A stretch of DNA of 64,000 bases from Tricharina praecox (lineage: Eukaryota): contig NW_026250435.1 of the NCBI RefSeq assembly GCF_024521635.1, positions 248,001 through 312,000 on the forward strand. Direction: 5' to 3'. The translations under genes were made by a program, and so were the position numbers. The notes beneath the pieces were generated by a model. The model did no database searches and was not told the origin of the DNA. It saw only the letters and a list, made by a program, of their open reading frames with translations. Positions 25,001 through 38,274 of the stretch are shown piece after piece (position 1 is the first letter of the stretch; every line of letters starts with the position of its first letter).

Positions 25001-25606
25001 CCCGCGTCAGAGACAGCAAGCACTGCACACCCGCAAAGACCGACTGGATGTCGCCAGAGTTCAGAAGCTGCAGGGTGATATCCATGTAACTCGGCCACCG
25101 CTCGGGGAAATCATAGTGCAAGACCTTGCCAATCAGTGGCATCAGCTGTTGCCGGATGTTGGGCGGTGCCGACGCGAGGGTAGGGATGAGACGCTCGCGG
25201 AGTATGGCCTTCTCATCTTCGGGGATGGCGGGAATCTTAGGCCATTCCTCGTTGAATTCCCAAGACCGGGTGACCTTGTTCTTGAGGTAAATAACGGCTA
25301 GACACTGGCATCAGCGTTTCTGTTTGCGTCCTGAGTGTGCTGAGGGATTGGTAAAGCGGGTAGGTACCTGAGTGCCGGAAGTTCGCATCTGGGTCGTTCG
25401 AGACGATGTCCGTTAAAGCTGCGACAAAACCTTTTTGCACCTCCGCCTGCACTCCCATGTGATCAGCCACTGCAGAATTCCGCCGCGAGCCCACGCAAGT
25501 CAAAACTTTAACTCACCGCCTTCAGCTGCAGTTCAGCCTGTCTCCGAATGTCGGCATTGGCGCTCAGTGTAGAGCCGATGCATTCACGAAGCGCAGCGGT
25601 ATCCAT
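22093..25606 (-). CDS. NMD5: Importin-beta family karyopherin (Nmd5/Sxm1, importin-7/8 type), multi-exon
   Basis: N-terminal IBN_N start (MDTAALRECIGSTLSANADIRRQAELQLK), DFPERWP, HPWWKAKKWA, EKEGALRMIG, LRARACD, NRVHDKKL and an acidic C-terminal loop with LETPLD. Confidence 0.92.
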
Positions 25607-26647
25607 TGTTGTCCGATCGGGTGTGCGATCACTGGCGGGGAAAGGGTATCGTATGCACGGTCGCGAGCCGGACCAGGACGGGGGTTAGTGGGGTGTGGGG
25701 CGGGGGGCGGGGGTGAGAAATGGCCTCGTTGTGCTCGGTAGTGCAGTGCAGGAGATGGCGAGTGCGGCTGGGGCTCTATAGGACAGCGGACTCTGCGGCG
25801 GTGCGGGTTGGGGGGCGGCGAGGTAAGAGTGGGACGAGAGGCGGCTCTTTTTCCCTTTCTTTACAGTTTTCCTGGTCGGGTTGCTGCGGCGTCGGCGGCG
25901 GCGACTGGTTTTGGTTGCAAGGAGAGAAAGCGGGGAGAGTGAAGAGCGGAGCAGTAGTAGTGAGAGGAGAAGTCGTATACGAAGCAGGAGGAGGAGGAGA
26001 CTGGATTCCCTTTCTGGTGGACGTTCGACAACGAGGGCGAGACCTTCAGTTGGGTGGTTGGAGTTCTGTGGGGTGCGGTGTTGCAGTTGCAGTTGGGACT
26101 TCTGTCGAAGAGGGGCAGAGGATTTCCCACTCGAGACGGGCCACCGCGTTCGCAACACAAAAAAATCTTTTTTTTTATTTTTATTGGTTAGGGTTGGACG
26201 GCGCCAGTCTGGACATGGATTCCATTCGATCCCACCGCCACATGCATACTCGGGCTACTCGAGATATGTAGTCTATGTAACTTTTATGGAGCCCGCGACA
26301 AAGAAGTTTGGTACTCTGATTCCCTTCGTATCGTGAAGTTCGAGGACTCTTCTTTTGAAGGAGGTGGCCCAGAAAGAGGTGTCCTTTGCGTCTCGGCCTG
26401 AACAGCAAGACAGTCAATGGAACAGACGGGCGGACCTCACCCAGCCATGCGATCAAGATCAGGGCAGCGGTGGTTTCCTCCCCAACACCCTCCCCAACAC
26501 CCTCCCCAACACCCACCGCCCAACCCCCAAAAACGTGCCGGTATGACCCTGCATCGCATGCCAATGACAGGATGGGTGTGTGTAGCCGACTTTGTGGTTG
26601 ATCTGCAACAATATTGACAGTCGTCACGGAGCCCTCTCATACGGCCG

Positions 26648-26735
26648 TGATGAGGTCTCTGGCTCCAATCCGCGCCGATGGAAGTCCCATCCGCTTGGCT
26701 TCAGCCCTCTGGCTCTAACAATCGGCCATCTCCTC
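26648..26735 (-). pseudogene. Possible decayed long-variable-arm (Ser/Leu-type) tRNA relic
   Basis: Minus strand reads GAGGAGATGGCCGATTGTTAGAGC...GATGGGACTTCCATC (hairpin)...GCGCGGATTGGAGCCAGAGACCTCATCA. Both boxes are degenerate. Confidence 0.3.
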
Positions 26736-26995
26736 AAACCGGGTAGGCTAATCACACGAGCATCCAATCATCACATCCTTATCGTGCACAGACCAGCCGC
26801 TCCCAGCTAACTTGTTACCACGTGACTCTGCCGTGAAAGAGTTAGCCACCACTCCAGATCCTAGTGAACATCTTCGCCAGTGACGTTTCGTGCCTTTCAC
26901 GTGAGATCTTAACCTGTAACACATAAAGAAGCAACGACAAAGCGGATTGGTTCTGTTGGGCAACAGTTGCGCATTCCATCTATCTAGCTGGCATC

Positions 26996-28149
26996 TCAAT
27001 CGAACGCTCCCATGGCCTCCATGGCCTCTAGCTCGTCTTCAAACTCGTCCCTTACTGGTACCGGAGCAGCTTTCCCAGCCGCAGACACACTGCGCCCAAC
27101 GATCTCTCCCATTGCTTCCATCGCTTCCATTGCTTCCAGGTCATCCTCAAATTCGTCTATCTCACGGGTTGGCGCTGACGGTACTGTTGACGGCACTGTT
27201 GGCGGTACTATTGGTAGTGCTGATGTTGGTGCTGATGCTGATGCCGACCCCGACCCCTTCGCCTTATCCTTTGCCCTCTCCGCTTCCAGAAGGGCCTCGA
27301 AGTCCGCATCATCAAATCCATCCATCTCATCATCACTATCCTCCAATGGCACACCGCCCAGGAACAGTGCATTTGGATCACTCGGAACTGGCAGTGCCGT
27401 CGCCGGTTTCGGAGCCGAGGGTCTAGTCGGCAACGAATACAGATCGTCGTCGTTGCCATCTTCGCCTCGCTTCTCTGCACCATCGCCAGCAGCAGACTCT
27501 TTCTCCTTCTCCTTGCCCTTCACGTGTAATTCCTGCATCTCGGCCTCATCTCTCTTCCCGCCCTGTGCTTCGTGGATCCAGTCCTCCCGAGCCGATCTTA
27601 TCGTGCGCGTGTGCCCGAGCTTCTCGATGATCTTCAGGGTGTCGCGGAATTTCGCCTTCTTGAATAAGTCGTCCGCCCACAGCTGGTAGAACGCCAGGAG
27701 TCGTGACGCGTCTTTGTACTAGATATCCCCGGTGTTGTCAGCATCCTACTTTGTAGCCAGGGGAGGAGAGAGACATACCTCATACCCCTTCCCTTTAAAC
27801 TTCAACTTCGTTGGCGCCTCCTTTCTCAGCCGTGGTAACCCATTGATGGACATCAACCTTCGCAGCATCAGCATCAGCAATACTTCACTTGTCCCTTCTC
27901 GCAACCCAAATCAAATCAAATCGCAACCCACCTCTGCTCATCCAGCTTAACCGTAACCCGCTTCTTCTTGATCAAGACCTCATCGTCGAGGCCCAATTCA
28001 TCCTCCTTCCGCTTCTTCGGTTGTGGAGCGGCGGCGGTCTTCTTAGGTGCCTCGGGGATCTCGATGTCGAGCTCGCCAATGTCGTACGCGAAGAGGTCGT
28101 TGTATTCATCGCCGCTGAAGTCGTCTTGTGCGGGGGCCGTGGTGGTCAT
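26996..28149 (-). CDS. CSM3: Replication fork protection protein Csm3/Swi3 (Tipin), 3 exons
   Basis: DELGLDDEV..KLDEQR|LMSINGLPRLRK..LKFKGKGYE|YKDASRLLAFYQLWADDLFKKAKFRDTLKIIEKLGH is the Swi3 domain. The acidic tail carries a duplicated DEFED(D/E)LEAMEAM. Confidence 0.9.
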
Positions 28150-28231
28150 GGTGCGTTTGTTGCAGGTAGAAAGGCAAGGCAGGCTGGAAAGCGTGTAGAG
28201 TAGTGAGGTAAAGTGGTGGGAGGGGACGTGG

Positions 28232-28249
28232 ACGCGGACGCGACGCGAA
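28232..28249. promoter_or_regulatory. Clustered ACGCG (MCB-like) elements upstream of CSM3
   Basis: ACGCGGACGCGACGCGAA lies about 85-100 nt upstream of the CSM3 ATG. Confidence 0.5.
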
Positions 28250-28625
28250 GAATAAGGTGGAAATTGCCGGTTCACGGGGTGTGGTTCGATATCCCGGCGT
28301 AATAACCAGGACTGAAATATTTTATTACATAGCTCATCCAACTTCTCGATCTCTGCAGCCTTCAAGCGATTCCGAGATCTCACGGTAGAGAGGTTCCAAT
28401 AACGCCGTTAAGCTATTGCTCCGAAGTTTCGAATCGAGATTGTGAACTCACAGGTCTCCGGGGTTTCGCAAGTGGCTCAACTGTGGCTTAGCTAGGTAGT
28501 TAGGCGTGGCTCGCACCCAGGACCCTAGTTAGAGTAATGCGCTCATAGCCCACTATCGCTTCACCTCCAACCCCACCAACAGCATTCATTACCTACATAA
28601 TCTCCACCACGCAGCACGCAGCACG

Positions 28626-31600
28626 ATGACGAACGCCGCAGACCTCGCATCGGCCATCGCGCAAGTCAGCCTTCTCACGACCGAGTCAGACAGCTGGATC
28701 GACAGTCTACTCGAAGAGCGTCGGCCGCGGAAGCGAGTGAAGCCCACGGACGCCGACCAGAGATCACAGCTGGAAGCGGAGTTCCTAGCGCCGTCGCATA
28801 CCTTCTCTACCGAATGGCTGAATAAACTACAGCAGTAGGTGTTCCACCCGTGGGTTGTTGGTATATAGCTGGGGAGCGGGGAGCTGATGTAGTTCAATTC
28901 TACGCAGTCGATGGGACGAATCCCAGGATTACATGCCGCTCATGGGCCTTGCCCCGACCATGTCCCGCACCGTCATACGCTTCACCCGTGAGGGTCTCGA
29001 GGGGAAGGTCACGGGCTACAAGGAGGTAACGGTGCCCGCGCATTCCATCACGGCAAAGAACTCGACGTCGCTACTGCGGAAGCCGGCGACGAAGGCCGAC
29101 TTTGTGCGCGGCAAGGCGGGATTCTTCCCGTTCAGTCCTGGCGGCGTGGAGGCGGGGAGTGCGAACGAGAGGGCCGAGGAGCTGGAACGACATGAGGCGG
29201 CGATGGAGGAGAGGATTGGCCGCGATGGGCTCCTAAGGGTCGCGCCGGGAATGAGTCGTGGCTTGAAGTTCGAGGTCGAAAACGTGGACGAAGTGGAAGA
29301 GGACGTTGATAGCGAGAAATTCAACTTCGGAGATGTACAACCCAAGAGGGCCAAGAAGGGAACTACGAATCAAGTGGAGAAGTCGGAAGAGAAACCATTG
29401 GCGGAGCTCGATTCCATCGATGATCTGCTGCCTGTGGAATTCCCGATGTTGGCACCCCGCGGCGACCTCTACCCAGCAGTAGTGAAGACTAGAAACAAGG
29501 AATGGGCACATATGGTGGATATCAACCAAGAGCTCACAAACTTTCGCGAATTGGTACCCAATATGGCTAAGGAATGGCCGTTCGAATTGGATACCTTCCA
29601 GAAGGAAGCTGTGTACCACCTGGAGCAGGGAGATTCGGTTTTTGTGGCTGCCCACACATCTGCCGGTAAAACTGTCGTGGCCGAGTATGCTATCGCATTA
29701 GCGGCCAAACATATGACTAAGTATTACCACACTTCTCCTGTCTTTGTATTGCCATTTCTGACTTTGGGGTCAGAGCTATTTACACATCACCTATCAAGGC
29801 ATTGAGTAATCAGAAGTTCCGAGACTTTCGGGGCGTCTTTGACGACGTGGGAATCCTTACTGGAGATGTGCAAATTAACCCGGAGGCCAGTTGCCTGATC
29901 ATGACCACAGAAATTCTCCGGAGTATGCTATACAAGGGAGCTGACCTCATCCGCGACGTGGAGTTCGTGATCTTCGACGAAGTCCATTACGTCAACGATC
30001 TGGAGAGAGGAGTGGTTTGGGAGGAGGTCATCATTATGCTTCCGGAGCACGTCAACCTAATCTTGCTTTCCGCGACGGTGCCGAATACTAAGGAGTTCGC
30101 CAACTGGGTCGGAAGGACGAAAAAAAAGGATATATGTCATCGCTACACCAAAGAGACCGGTTCCCCTTGAGCATTATCTCTGGGCTGGAAAACAGATGTT
30201 CAAGATTGTCAACGCCGAGAAACAGTTTCTACAGCAAGGCTGGAAGGATGCAGCCGATACCTTGAAGCCGAAGAAGGATACTCGGGCGCCGCCTGCCGGA
30301 GGCAATCAGCGTGGTGGCGGGGCTCAGCGTGGTGGACCCAATCAGCGTGGAGGACCCAATCAACGGGGCGGGCCTAACCAGCGCGGTGGTGGCCAGCGTG
30401 GTGGATCACAGCGTGGTGGTCAGAAACAAGTGTCGGTGCCCCGAAGCGCACCAGGCGCAATGCGGTCCGCAGCACAAGACAAGAACATATGGGTGCATCT
30501 TGTCCAGCACCTCAAGAAGGAGAATCTGCTACCAGGTGTCATTTTTGTGTTTTCAAAGAAGCGATGTGAGGAGAATGCCGACGCTCTTAGCAATATCGAC
30601 TACTGCAACCAGACAGAGAAGAGCGCCATTCACATGATCATCGAGAAGAGCATCGCCCGTCTGAAACCGGAGGATAGGCAGTTGCCGCAGATCCGACGTA
30701 TGCGGGAGCTTCTGAGCAGAGGATTAGCCGTCCATCACGGAGGACTGCTGCCTATCGTAAAGGAGGTCGTGGAGATCCTATTTGCGAAGACTTTGGTGAA
30801 AGTTTTGTTTGCAACGGAAACATTTGCTATGGTAAAGTGGCCCATATTCCGTTACTCCACTATAACGACCCTAACTTCCACAGGGCCTAAACTTGCCAAC
30901 TAGGACAGTTGTTTTCTCGGGAACCAGGAAGCATGATGGCAGATCGTTCCGTGATCTTTTGCCTGGAGAATATATTCAGATGGCTGGTCGTGCTGGTCGA
31001 AGAGGTATCGACACAGCCGGAACAGTTATCATCGTATCCCGAGATGATGAGCCACCTCCAGTATGCCTCAATCCCGCCCTTCAGATTTTGGGCTAGTCTG
31101 ACTAACTCTTTGCAGTACCCCAGTTTGAAGCAGATGATCCTCGGTGACCCCACGAAATTGCAGAGTCAGTTCCGCCTCACCTACACCATGATTTTGAACC
31201 TTCTCCGTGTGGAGGCGCTCAAGATCGAGGAGATGATCAAGAGAAGTTTCAGCGAAAACACCACGCAGATGCTCCTGCCGGAACACGAACGCAAGGTGCA
31301 GATATCTGAAGCCGATCTGAAGAAGCTGAAGCGCGAGGAATGTGATATCTGCGATGTCGACTTGAATGCTTGCCATGGCGCGGCGATGCTGGTTAGTCAG
31401 TATAACGCGGAGATGACTATCAAGGGATATGGTCTGGCTCGTCGGCAGAAGCTATTCACCGCTGGACGATTGGTGGTGCTCCAGGAAGATGTAGGAATAT
31501 TCTATCCCTTGGTTCGAACGGTTGCTAAATGGTTTAAATAGGCTGGTACTAGAACGGTGGGAGTACTCACTGCCGAAGGCATTCACACCGGGCCACAGCC

Positions 31601-32886
31601 TTTACTGCGGGTTTTGATGCTGAAGCCTGCGAGTGATCAGAAGCAACCTGGTATGTGACGCGATTTCACTGGGCGGGGGGAAATGGCTAATCTCAATTCT
31701 ACAGCCGACCTGATCCCATTCGTGCTGCACGAATCACTCAAGATCCCCGCATTGGTCACCAAGGACTGGCAAATCAGAGGCACATTGGTTCCCGTCACGG
31801 CCATTGAGTGCGTCACCAAGACTCAAGTGAAATTTGACGTCGTGGCAGCCATCAGAGGAGAAGCCTTGATCCTGCAGACGGCAAAGGAAGAGCTCTCCGC
31901 CCTTACAGAGGACTGGAGCAGGCCAGAATGGAAAGAACTTGATTGGACCAAGATTAAGGATCTCCCATTCCTTGAGATATACGAAGCCAGGAAGCAGCAG
32001 ATTCGGAAGGCGGAGGATAGCACTTGCATCGATTGTCCTAACTTTGCTCGCCACGTAATGCCCTCCCTTTTATTACTTGATGTCTAACCTGACTTATTAT
32101 AGTTTGCTATGCGCCATGAAGAGTATATCCTGCACGAGAACATTGCGCAGCTGAAGCAACTCATTTCGGACCAGAATCTGCAGCTGTTGCCCGACTACGA
32201 GCAGAGAGTCACCGTCCTCAAGGAACTGAAGTTTATAGACGAGAACGACAGCGTGCAGCTAAAGGGCCGAGTCGCTTGCGAGGTAGCTATCCCCCCCCTC
32301 GGGTGATACTGTCAGCATGCATGCTAACAAACCCAGGTCAACTCCGCCAACGAACTAGTCCTCACGGAGCTAATCCTCGAAAACGTGCTCGCCGAATACG
32401 AGCCCGAGGAGATCGTGGCGCTGCTCTCATGCTTCGTGTTCCAAGAAAAAACCGACGTGGTGCCTAACATCACGCAGCGGCTCGAAAAGGGCAAAGCGAC
32501 GATCCTGGCGGTAGCGCAGCGGATCAACGCGGTGCAGACGGACCACCAAGTGATCCTATCGAAGGAAAACGACGACTTCGAGAGCCGCCCGCGCTTCGGG
32601 CTCATGGAGGTAGTCTACGAGTGGGCCAAGGGCATGTCATTCAGCCAGATCACGGATCTGACCGATGTCCTCGAGGGAACGATCGTGCGTGTCATCACGA
32701 GGCTTGATGAGACTTGCAGAGAGGTCAAGAGCGCCGCCAGGATCATTGGTGATCCGAGCCTCTTTGAGAAAATGCAGATATGTCAGGAGCTCATCAAGAG
32801 GGATGTCTGCCATTGCGCCAGTTTGTACTTGGTATGTCGATTGGCCTGGTCCGTGTCTCCGATCCTTGCTAACCGTTCGACAGTGA
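28626..32886 (+). CDS. SKI2: Ski2 DExH RNA helicase (cytoplasmic exosome cofactor), multi-exon, with an apparent frameshift near 30130
   Basis: Ski2_N ([23 protein letters not shown]), [37 protein letters not shown] and DSHCT C-terminus ([18 protein letters not shown]). The stop TGA follows a terminal intron. Confidence 0.93.
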
Positions 32887-33257
32887 AGGAGTTGAGAATC
32901 ACTGGAGGAGCTTCCGCGGGCGTACGGATGGTACGAGTATGGGAGGGGAGCACTGACGGTAGATATTTCAACATTTTTGAGGGTGTGAAGCTGTATGCAA
33001 AGCTGAATACAGTCGACTCCTTCTTTTTACTAGGCGCTGTGCGAAACTCGAATGACTCTTTGAAGACGGATCACATTGTGATCCCTTCCGGCCAGTTCAA
33101 GTCTCACAACACGCAAAACATCATGGACAGCCAATGAGTGTGTTTGTTCAAGTTTTTTTTTTATTCAATCACATCGTAAAAGTTCCCTGTTAAACCGCAT
33201 ATAAAACCCCTCCAAATCGCCCTCTCATGAAACAGCAGCCACCACATCCTCCTCCGA

Positions 33258-34598
33258 TCACAAGATAGCAATAGCATTAGCCCAAGTAGCAATGCCACGG
33301 TCGACATTGAACGGGGCGGAGGTGACAAAGAACGTCCACTTCCTGCGCTTCTTGCACATCTCGGCGAGCTTCTCGAGGTCAAAGAACTCACCGAGGCCGG
33401 TTCCCCAGAGGCTGAGCACCTGCTCATGGAGCGACAGGGGGCCCTGTGCGGGCCAGCTCTCGAACGCCGGCTGGTCGCCCGCCACCGCGGAAAAATACGA
33501 GTCGTGCAGCCAGTCCACCATCTCCGCGCTCTGCGCGACGCCAATGAAGCGGTGCAGGCCGTCGGGGCCCGCCGCGTACGGGAGCTCAGCGAGCGTCTTG
33601 CGCTCCGAGGGGGTTAGCGCAACGTACGCTTTCGTGAACCCGCTGCGCACAAGCAGGATGTCGCCGATACGGATGTCGCCGCCGTCGGCGGCGTTGCGCA
33701 GGTCCAACCCTTGGTGCTTGGCTACCGCTTGCAGCTGCGGGAACGTGATGTTCGTGGCTGCGAAGGCGGGTGCGGAGAGCCCCTGCAGCTCCGCCCAGCT
33801 CGCGAAGTCGAGGAGCACGCCGCGCCCGGCGATACCGTGCGCTGCCCACTCTTGGATGCCGCACTTGTGGTTGTTGGTCAGGTTCGCGCCGGGGATGTCG
33901 TCCTGGGGGTGCTGTTAGTGCGGGAACTTGGTCCGCATGAGGGAGGGGGAGAATGTATCGTATCATACCTCGGTGCAGCCGTTGTAGAAGATACCCGATT
34001 CCAGATGCGCAAAATGGTGGAATCCATCCCATTGCGTCGACGTCTGTGTGTTCATCTGGTACTGCTCGTCCAGCACGGCAGCGGTTCCGTCGCCAAACTT
34101 CATGAACGTGTGGTTGAACGCCGGGCGGTTGAACAGCGGCGGGTTGACGAGCTTGACCGGCAGGCTTTTTTCTCTGTCAGCACAACTCAGAGTAGTAGCA
34201 GGAAGGCATGTGTATAAACTCACTTCAGCGGGACCATGTCGCCAGTCTTGACTTCCTTCATGCTCTGGTACACCCTCTGCGGCGTGAGGAAGTTGAGACG
34301 TCCGAGCTATCATTCCACCTTTAATCAGCCCTGCACCTTGTAGAGTATCCCTCTTCCGTCTCTCCTCCAGGACAAAACTCACCCCATCATCGTCACCCCA
34401 AAGCCACGCACTTCCCTCGAGGTGCCCGGGCACACGGGGGAGCTGGCTCCGCTTCGGCAGCTTCCTGTAGTTGGTCTCGTGCTTGTCGTACCTGTAAGCG
34501 GGCGAGAACTGTGTCTCGGGTTCTTCATGCGCCGGGGCAGCAAGAATCGGCGCGGCGAAGGCGGCAAGGAGCGAGAGCAGCACTGGGAGGGAAAACAT
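33258..34598 (-). CDS. Cyclase/kynurenine-formamidase-like metal hydrolase with signal peptide, multi-exon
   Basis: Signal peptide, AWLWGDDD, NTQTSTQWDGFHH, GIAGRGVLLD, GDILLVRSG, AVAGDQPAFE, GEFFDLEKL and final NAIAIL. Confidence 0.85.
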
Positions 34599-36577
34599 CT
34601 TTGCTGGCTGTTGGCGGGGTAGAGTGGGATGCGCTGGTGGAGTGGAAGGCAGAGGGCAGAGGGCGGGACGCTGGGCTTTATATATGCCCAGTTACTCTTG
34701 CTATGCACTCTCCCATGTCTGGGCTGCTTGAACCTCTAGCATACACGGGTCGAGTGGGCTGGGCTGGACTGGATCTGGACAATTCGTTCGAGGCGTCCAA
34801 ACCTTCAAACGCCCTAGGTACATATCGAGATGCAGTCAAGTTCCACGGCGTAATTTGTATTCGCCTTTGCCGGAAGGGGTATTTACTCCACAATGGCTCC
34901 AATCGATCCGCGATCAGCAGGACGGCTAGCCACAGGAACATGCGGTGCAGCGGCCTGCAGGTGTTCCTGGTCGACCATACAATGCTACATCCATCATGAC
35001 AATTAATAGTATCCATCATATGTAGTGTACTCTACCTAGGCAAATAGAGTGATGCCTCGCTTGATCCGATGCAGGAGGCGGGAAAGTGGATCGGTGAACG
35101 CAGCGTATGTATAATGTAGCATAGCACAGCAGCAGAGCAGAGCACGTATACACTGCTGTCGTGCATGCGGATCAACCACTTGGTGAGAAACGCGGGTCCA
35201 AGCCCGTATACAGCTGCACTGTACCTTGCGTGAGGAATGCCATGCCAGCAAGCAATGGACTTGTTGTGGTCGAGAAGCGGGCGGGAACAGCCTACGGACT
35301 CCATCCCGACTGGACTGGAGCCTGCGCATCCCATGCCGACCCTTGTTTCCGCCGCGCCGTCAAAGCGCTCCTTTATTGGCACCTACATCCTCTAGCCGAC
35401 GAGACGCCGGACGAACGCCAAGGCAGCGCGGAGTAGAAATACGGTACTTCCACTCGGCCTTCGCCGCACAGGATCAATTGAGCAGGTATGTATTGTACAG
35501 TCCCATACTCGTCCATATAGATGCCCAGATTTTGGGCAATTGAGGCAAGAATCTGGGAGTACCGTAGTTCCATACCCGAGGTTGAACCCTCCAAGGCAAA
35601 CTCCTGGAGCACTTTGCTCTTTGGATCCATGAACCCGTATTCGAGGACTTGGCATCACTGCACAGCACAGGTGTCTTGCATGATGGTCTCCACTTCTCGC
35701 ACGTATTCGTATGTATGTATGTATGATCGCGCTTCCGCGACGGTGCTCCTACGTACGGTATGTGGGTAAGTCTATTCTACATGGTATAAGGGCGAGACCG
35801 CTTGCAGATCTCCAGTTCCTCCTCGCGCTAGTCAAACGAAACTCCGTGGCATGATGTACCGGTAGGATGTATGTATGTGATGGTACATACGAGATCTACC
35901 AGATCCGAATTGACTCTCTTCTGCGGTCTGGGATGATGGATTTGCTGCAGTCTACATATATACGACTTTATTTTATGTAGAGTAGCATTGGCATCAGCTA
36001 CCCAAGACAGGTACTCTACATAGGAGGGGTTCCGAGCTGAGCGCACCACTCGATCAGAACTTTACTCTACGGCCGACTGGCCGACGAGAAAATGCAATGA
36101 GAATGCTTGTATCAATACTATCTATCATAACTGCGCAACTGGTGTATCCTCCACGCCGCCGAATCCCCCGGTCCCCCTCCCCCTCCCCTTCCCCTTCCCC
36201 TTCCCCTTCCCCTTCCCGCCCCCCATAAGCCACGAAGCTTGACGTCGATGTCCCAAAGCGCGAAAGCCGCGAGCCAGCCGCACTGGTCCTGGATTAGCTA
36301 GAGCACTCTACTAGCAACTACCGCAGCTCGCCAGGCCAGCAACTAAGCCCAACTCCACATCGTCACCACTACTCAGTCCGTATCCATCCATCCCTCCATC
36401 CATCCATCCCTCGCGGCATAGGTATGTCCTGGTATGTACCCACCAAACCCAGTCTGGCCCCTCTCCGAGTCTTGTCGCTCAGACCACTCATAGAGCCTAT
36501 CTAGAGTTATACCTACCTTGTAGCTATCTACCGCGCATCCTCCCGAGTCTGCCCCAAAGTGCCGGCATGTCCCAGTC

Positions 36578-36590
36578 GCTTGCTTGCTTA

Positions 36591-36626
<36 letters not shown>
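36578..36626. repeat. (TTGC)n tetranucleotide microsatellite
   Basis: About 12 copies visible. Confidence 0.9.
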
Positions 36627-36627
<1 letters not shown>

Positions 36628-38274
36628 GGTTCCGCGCGATCGATCGTCAGCCCAGACAATATCTACATACATAATGGGTTTACCTTACTCAAATAACGAG
36701 TCACTTCCCAAAAAAAAAAAAAACGAGGTTGGTCGAAGTAAATAGGTAGTTAGCCCTTCAAAGAGTCAACGCCGCACCGGCTCAACGGAGAAGGTGGCGG
36801 ACGAGGTCACGAAACCTGAGACACATTTCATAGGATGTCCGATACCGAACAGTTACCGGGGGAAGTAACTGGCTTCCCCGGACTCACTCCTCCAAATTCC
36901 GAGTGGAAAACGCCGGACCAAGCAAGCGCAGAGACCTTGTCCAGGATTTGGCGGGTGCCGGGGAGGAGAGGATCTGATGCCCTATATAGATGATAACTCT
37001 ATATCCACCGCGTGGACTCGGGAGAGGAGGCTAGGTATGTAGAAAAAGGTTCTGACGACTTATGAGTAGAGTACTAACTAGGTACTCTACCATCGTCAAC
37101 TATGGATTTGATACTTCAATTCTTTTATGTACCGGTACCTACAGACCACAGACCACAGGCGTTCAGGCGTTCCGGTGAACAGGCGAACAGACCAGCCAAG
37201 GAGAAAAGTATTGTACATAGAGTATGTAGAGTCCCAGGAACAGCTGATAAGTCGTGCTTCACCACCATTACAAATTATAAGCGCAAGGTGCACAGGCACC
37301 ACGAGTACACAGCAGGGGTTCGCTATATGTAGTACCAGGAGTACTCTAGAGGGGCCCGTGGGCCATGGGCCATGGGCCATGGCACTCACCTTGAAAGTTG
37401 AGCCCGGGTAGCCGACTCCCGACTCCCGAGTACAGAACTTAGCGCCCGCCGACGCCGAGACGGAACCTGCCATGGTTCTCACGGGGATCGTCGCCGCTCC
37501 GAGGTTCCCCCGGCGCCCGAATAAGTGGCCCGCAGACTACAAACAGGCACGAACGTCTGCGGCGGCGCGCCCGCAAGCAAGTATTGGTAGGTACGCTGTG
37601 CAAGTTTTAACTTCCAGGTTCCAACTCTAGGGTACTGATGTACAAATAAGTTGTGAATACTAAAACCTCCCTGCCGGTCGATTCTCCACGTGTTCTACTA
37701 CCTAGCAGTACCTATTTCTCACCCTGAGGTATCATACGCGCAATCATGTCGTCAACAACCTTATAGTAGTCCAGCTCTGTCTACAATACTCGAGTCTTGT
37801 CTTGGGTTAAAAGCTGCGTGATCTTGCCGGATACCTACATATATTAGGTACTTATGTCACATGTGAGTGCGAGTGTGTAAATATCACTCGGCTCTCTATC
37901 TGCATCTTTTTATTGCGATTCTCGTTCTCGTTTAAAAGCCACCGTCACCACTCGTCCAAGATATTGCAAATATGTCACATTGGTCATATGCGCCTCGAGT
38001 GCGCCTCGAGAATCTTGTTTATTCTCATACTTGCTTCTGCTTCTGCTTCTGTCTGGTATGTCTAGCTGGTCATCCGCTGTGTTCTGCGAATGAATCAAGC
38101 AACTGAAACATTACACTCATATTCTCAACACTTTTGAGACTCCGAGCGGTACGGACATCCACGATTGAAGTACCTAGATAGATAGATCAAGCAGGATCAA
38201 GCAGGATCCTGCAGCAGCAGGAGGAGGATGATCGATGCCAGCCTGGTGGTTCCACCGGGCCAAGTAGAGTGGCC

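Noticed and set aside
32820..33137. Long C-terminal extension of Ski2 in the ORF track
   Set aside because: A canonical intron (GTATGT...GCTAAC...CAG) places TGA directly after the conserved ASLYL end.
35032..35668. Protein-like minus-strand fragments (e.g. 35373-35630)
   Set aside because: Could be a pseudogene, but no family was recognised and the frames are broken.
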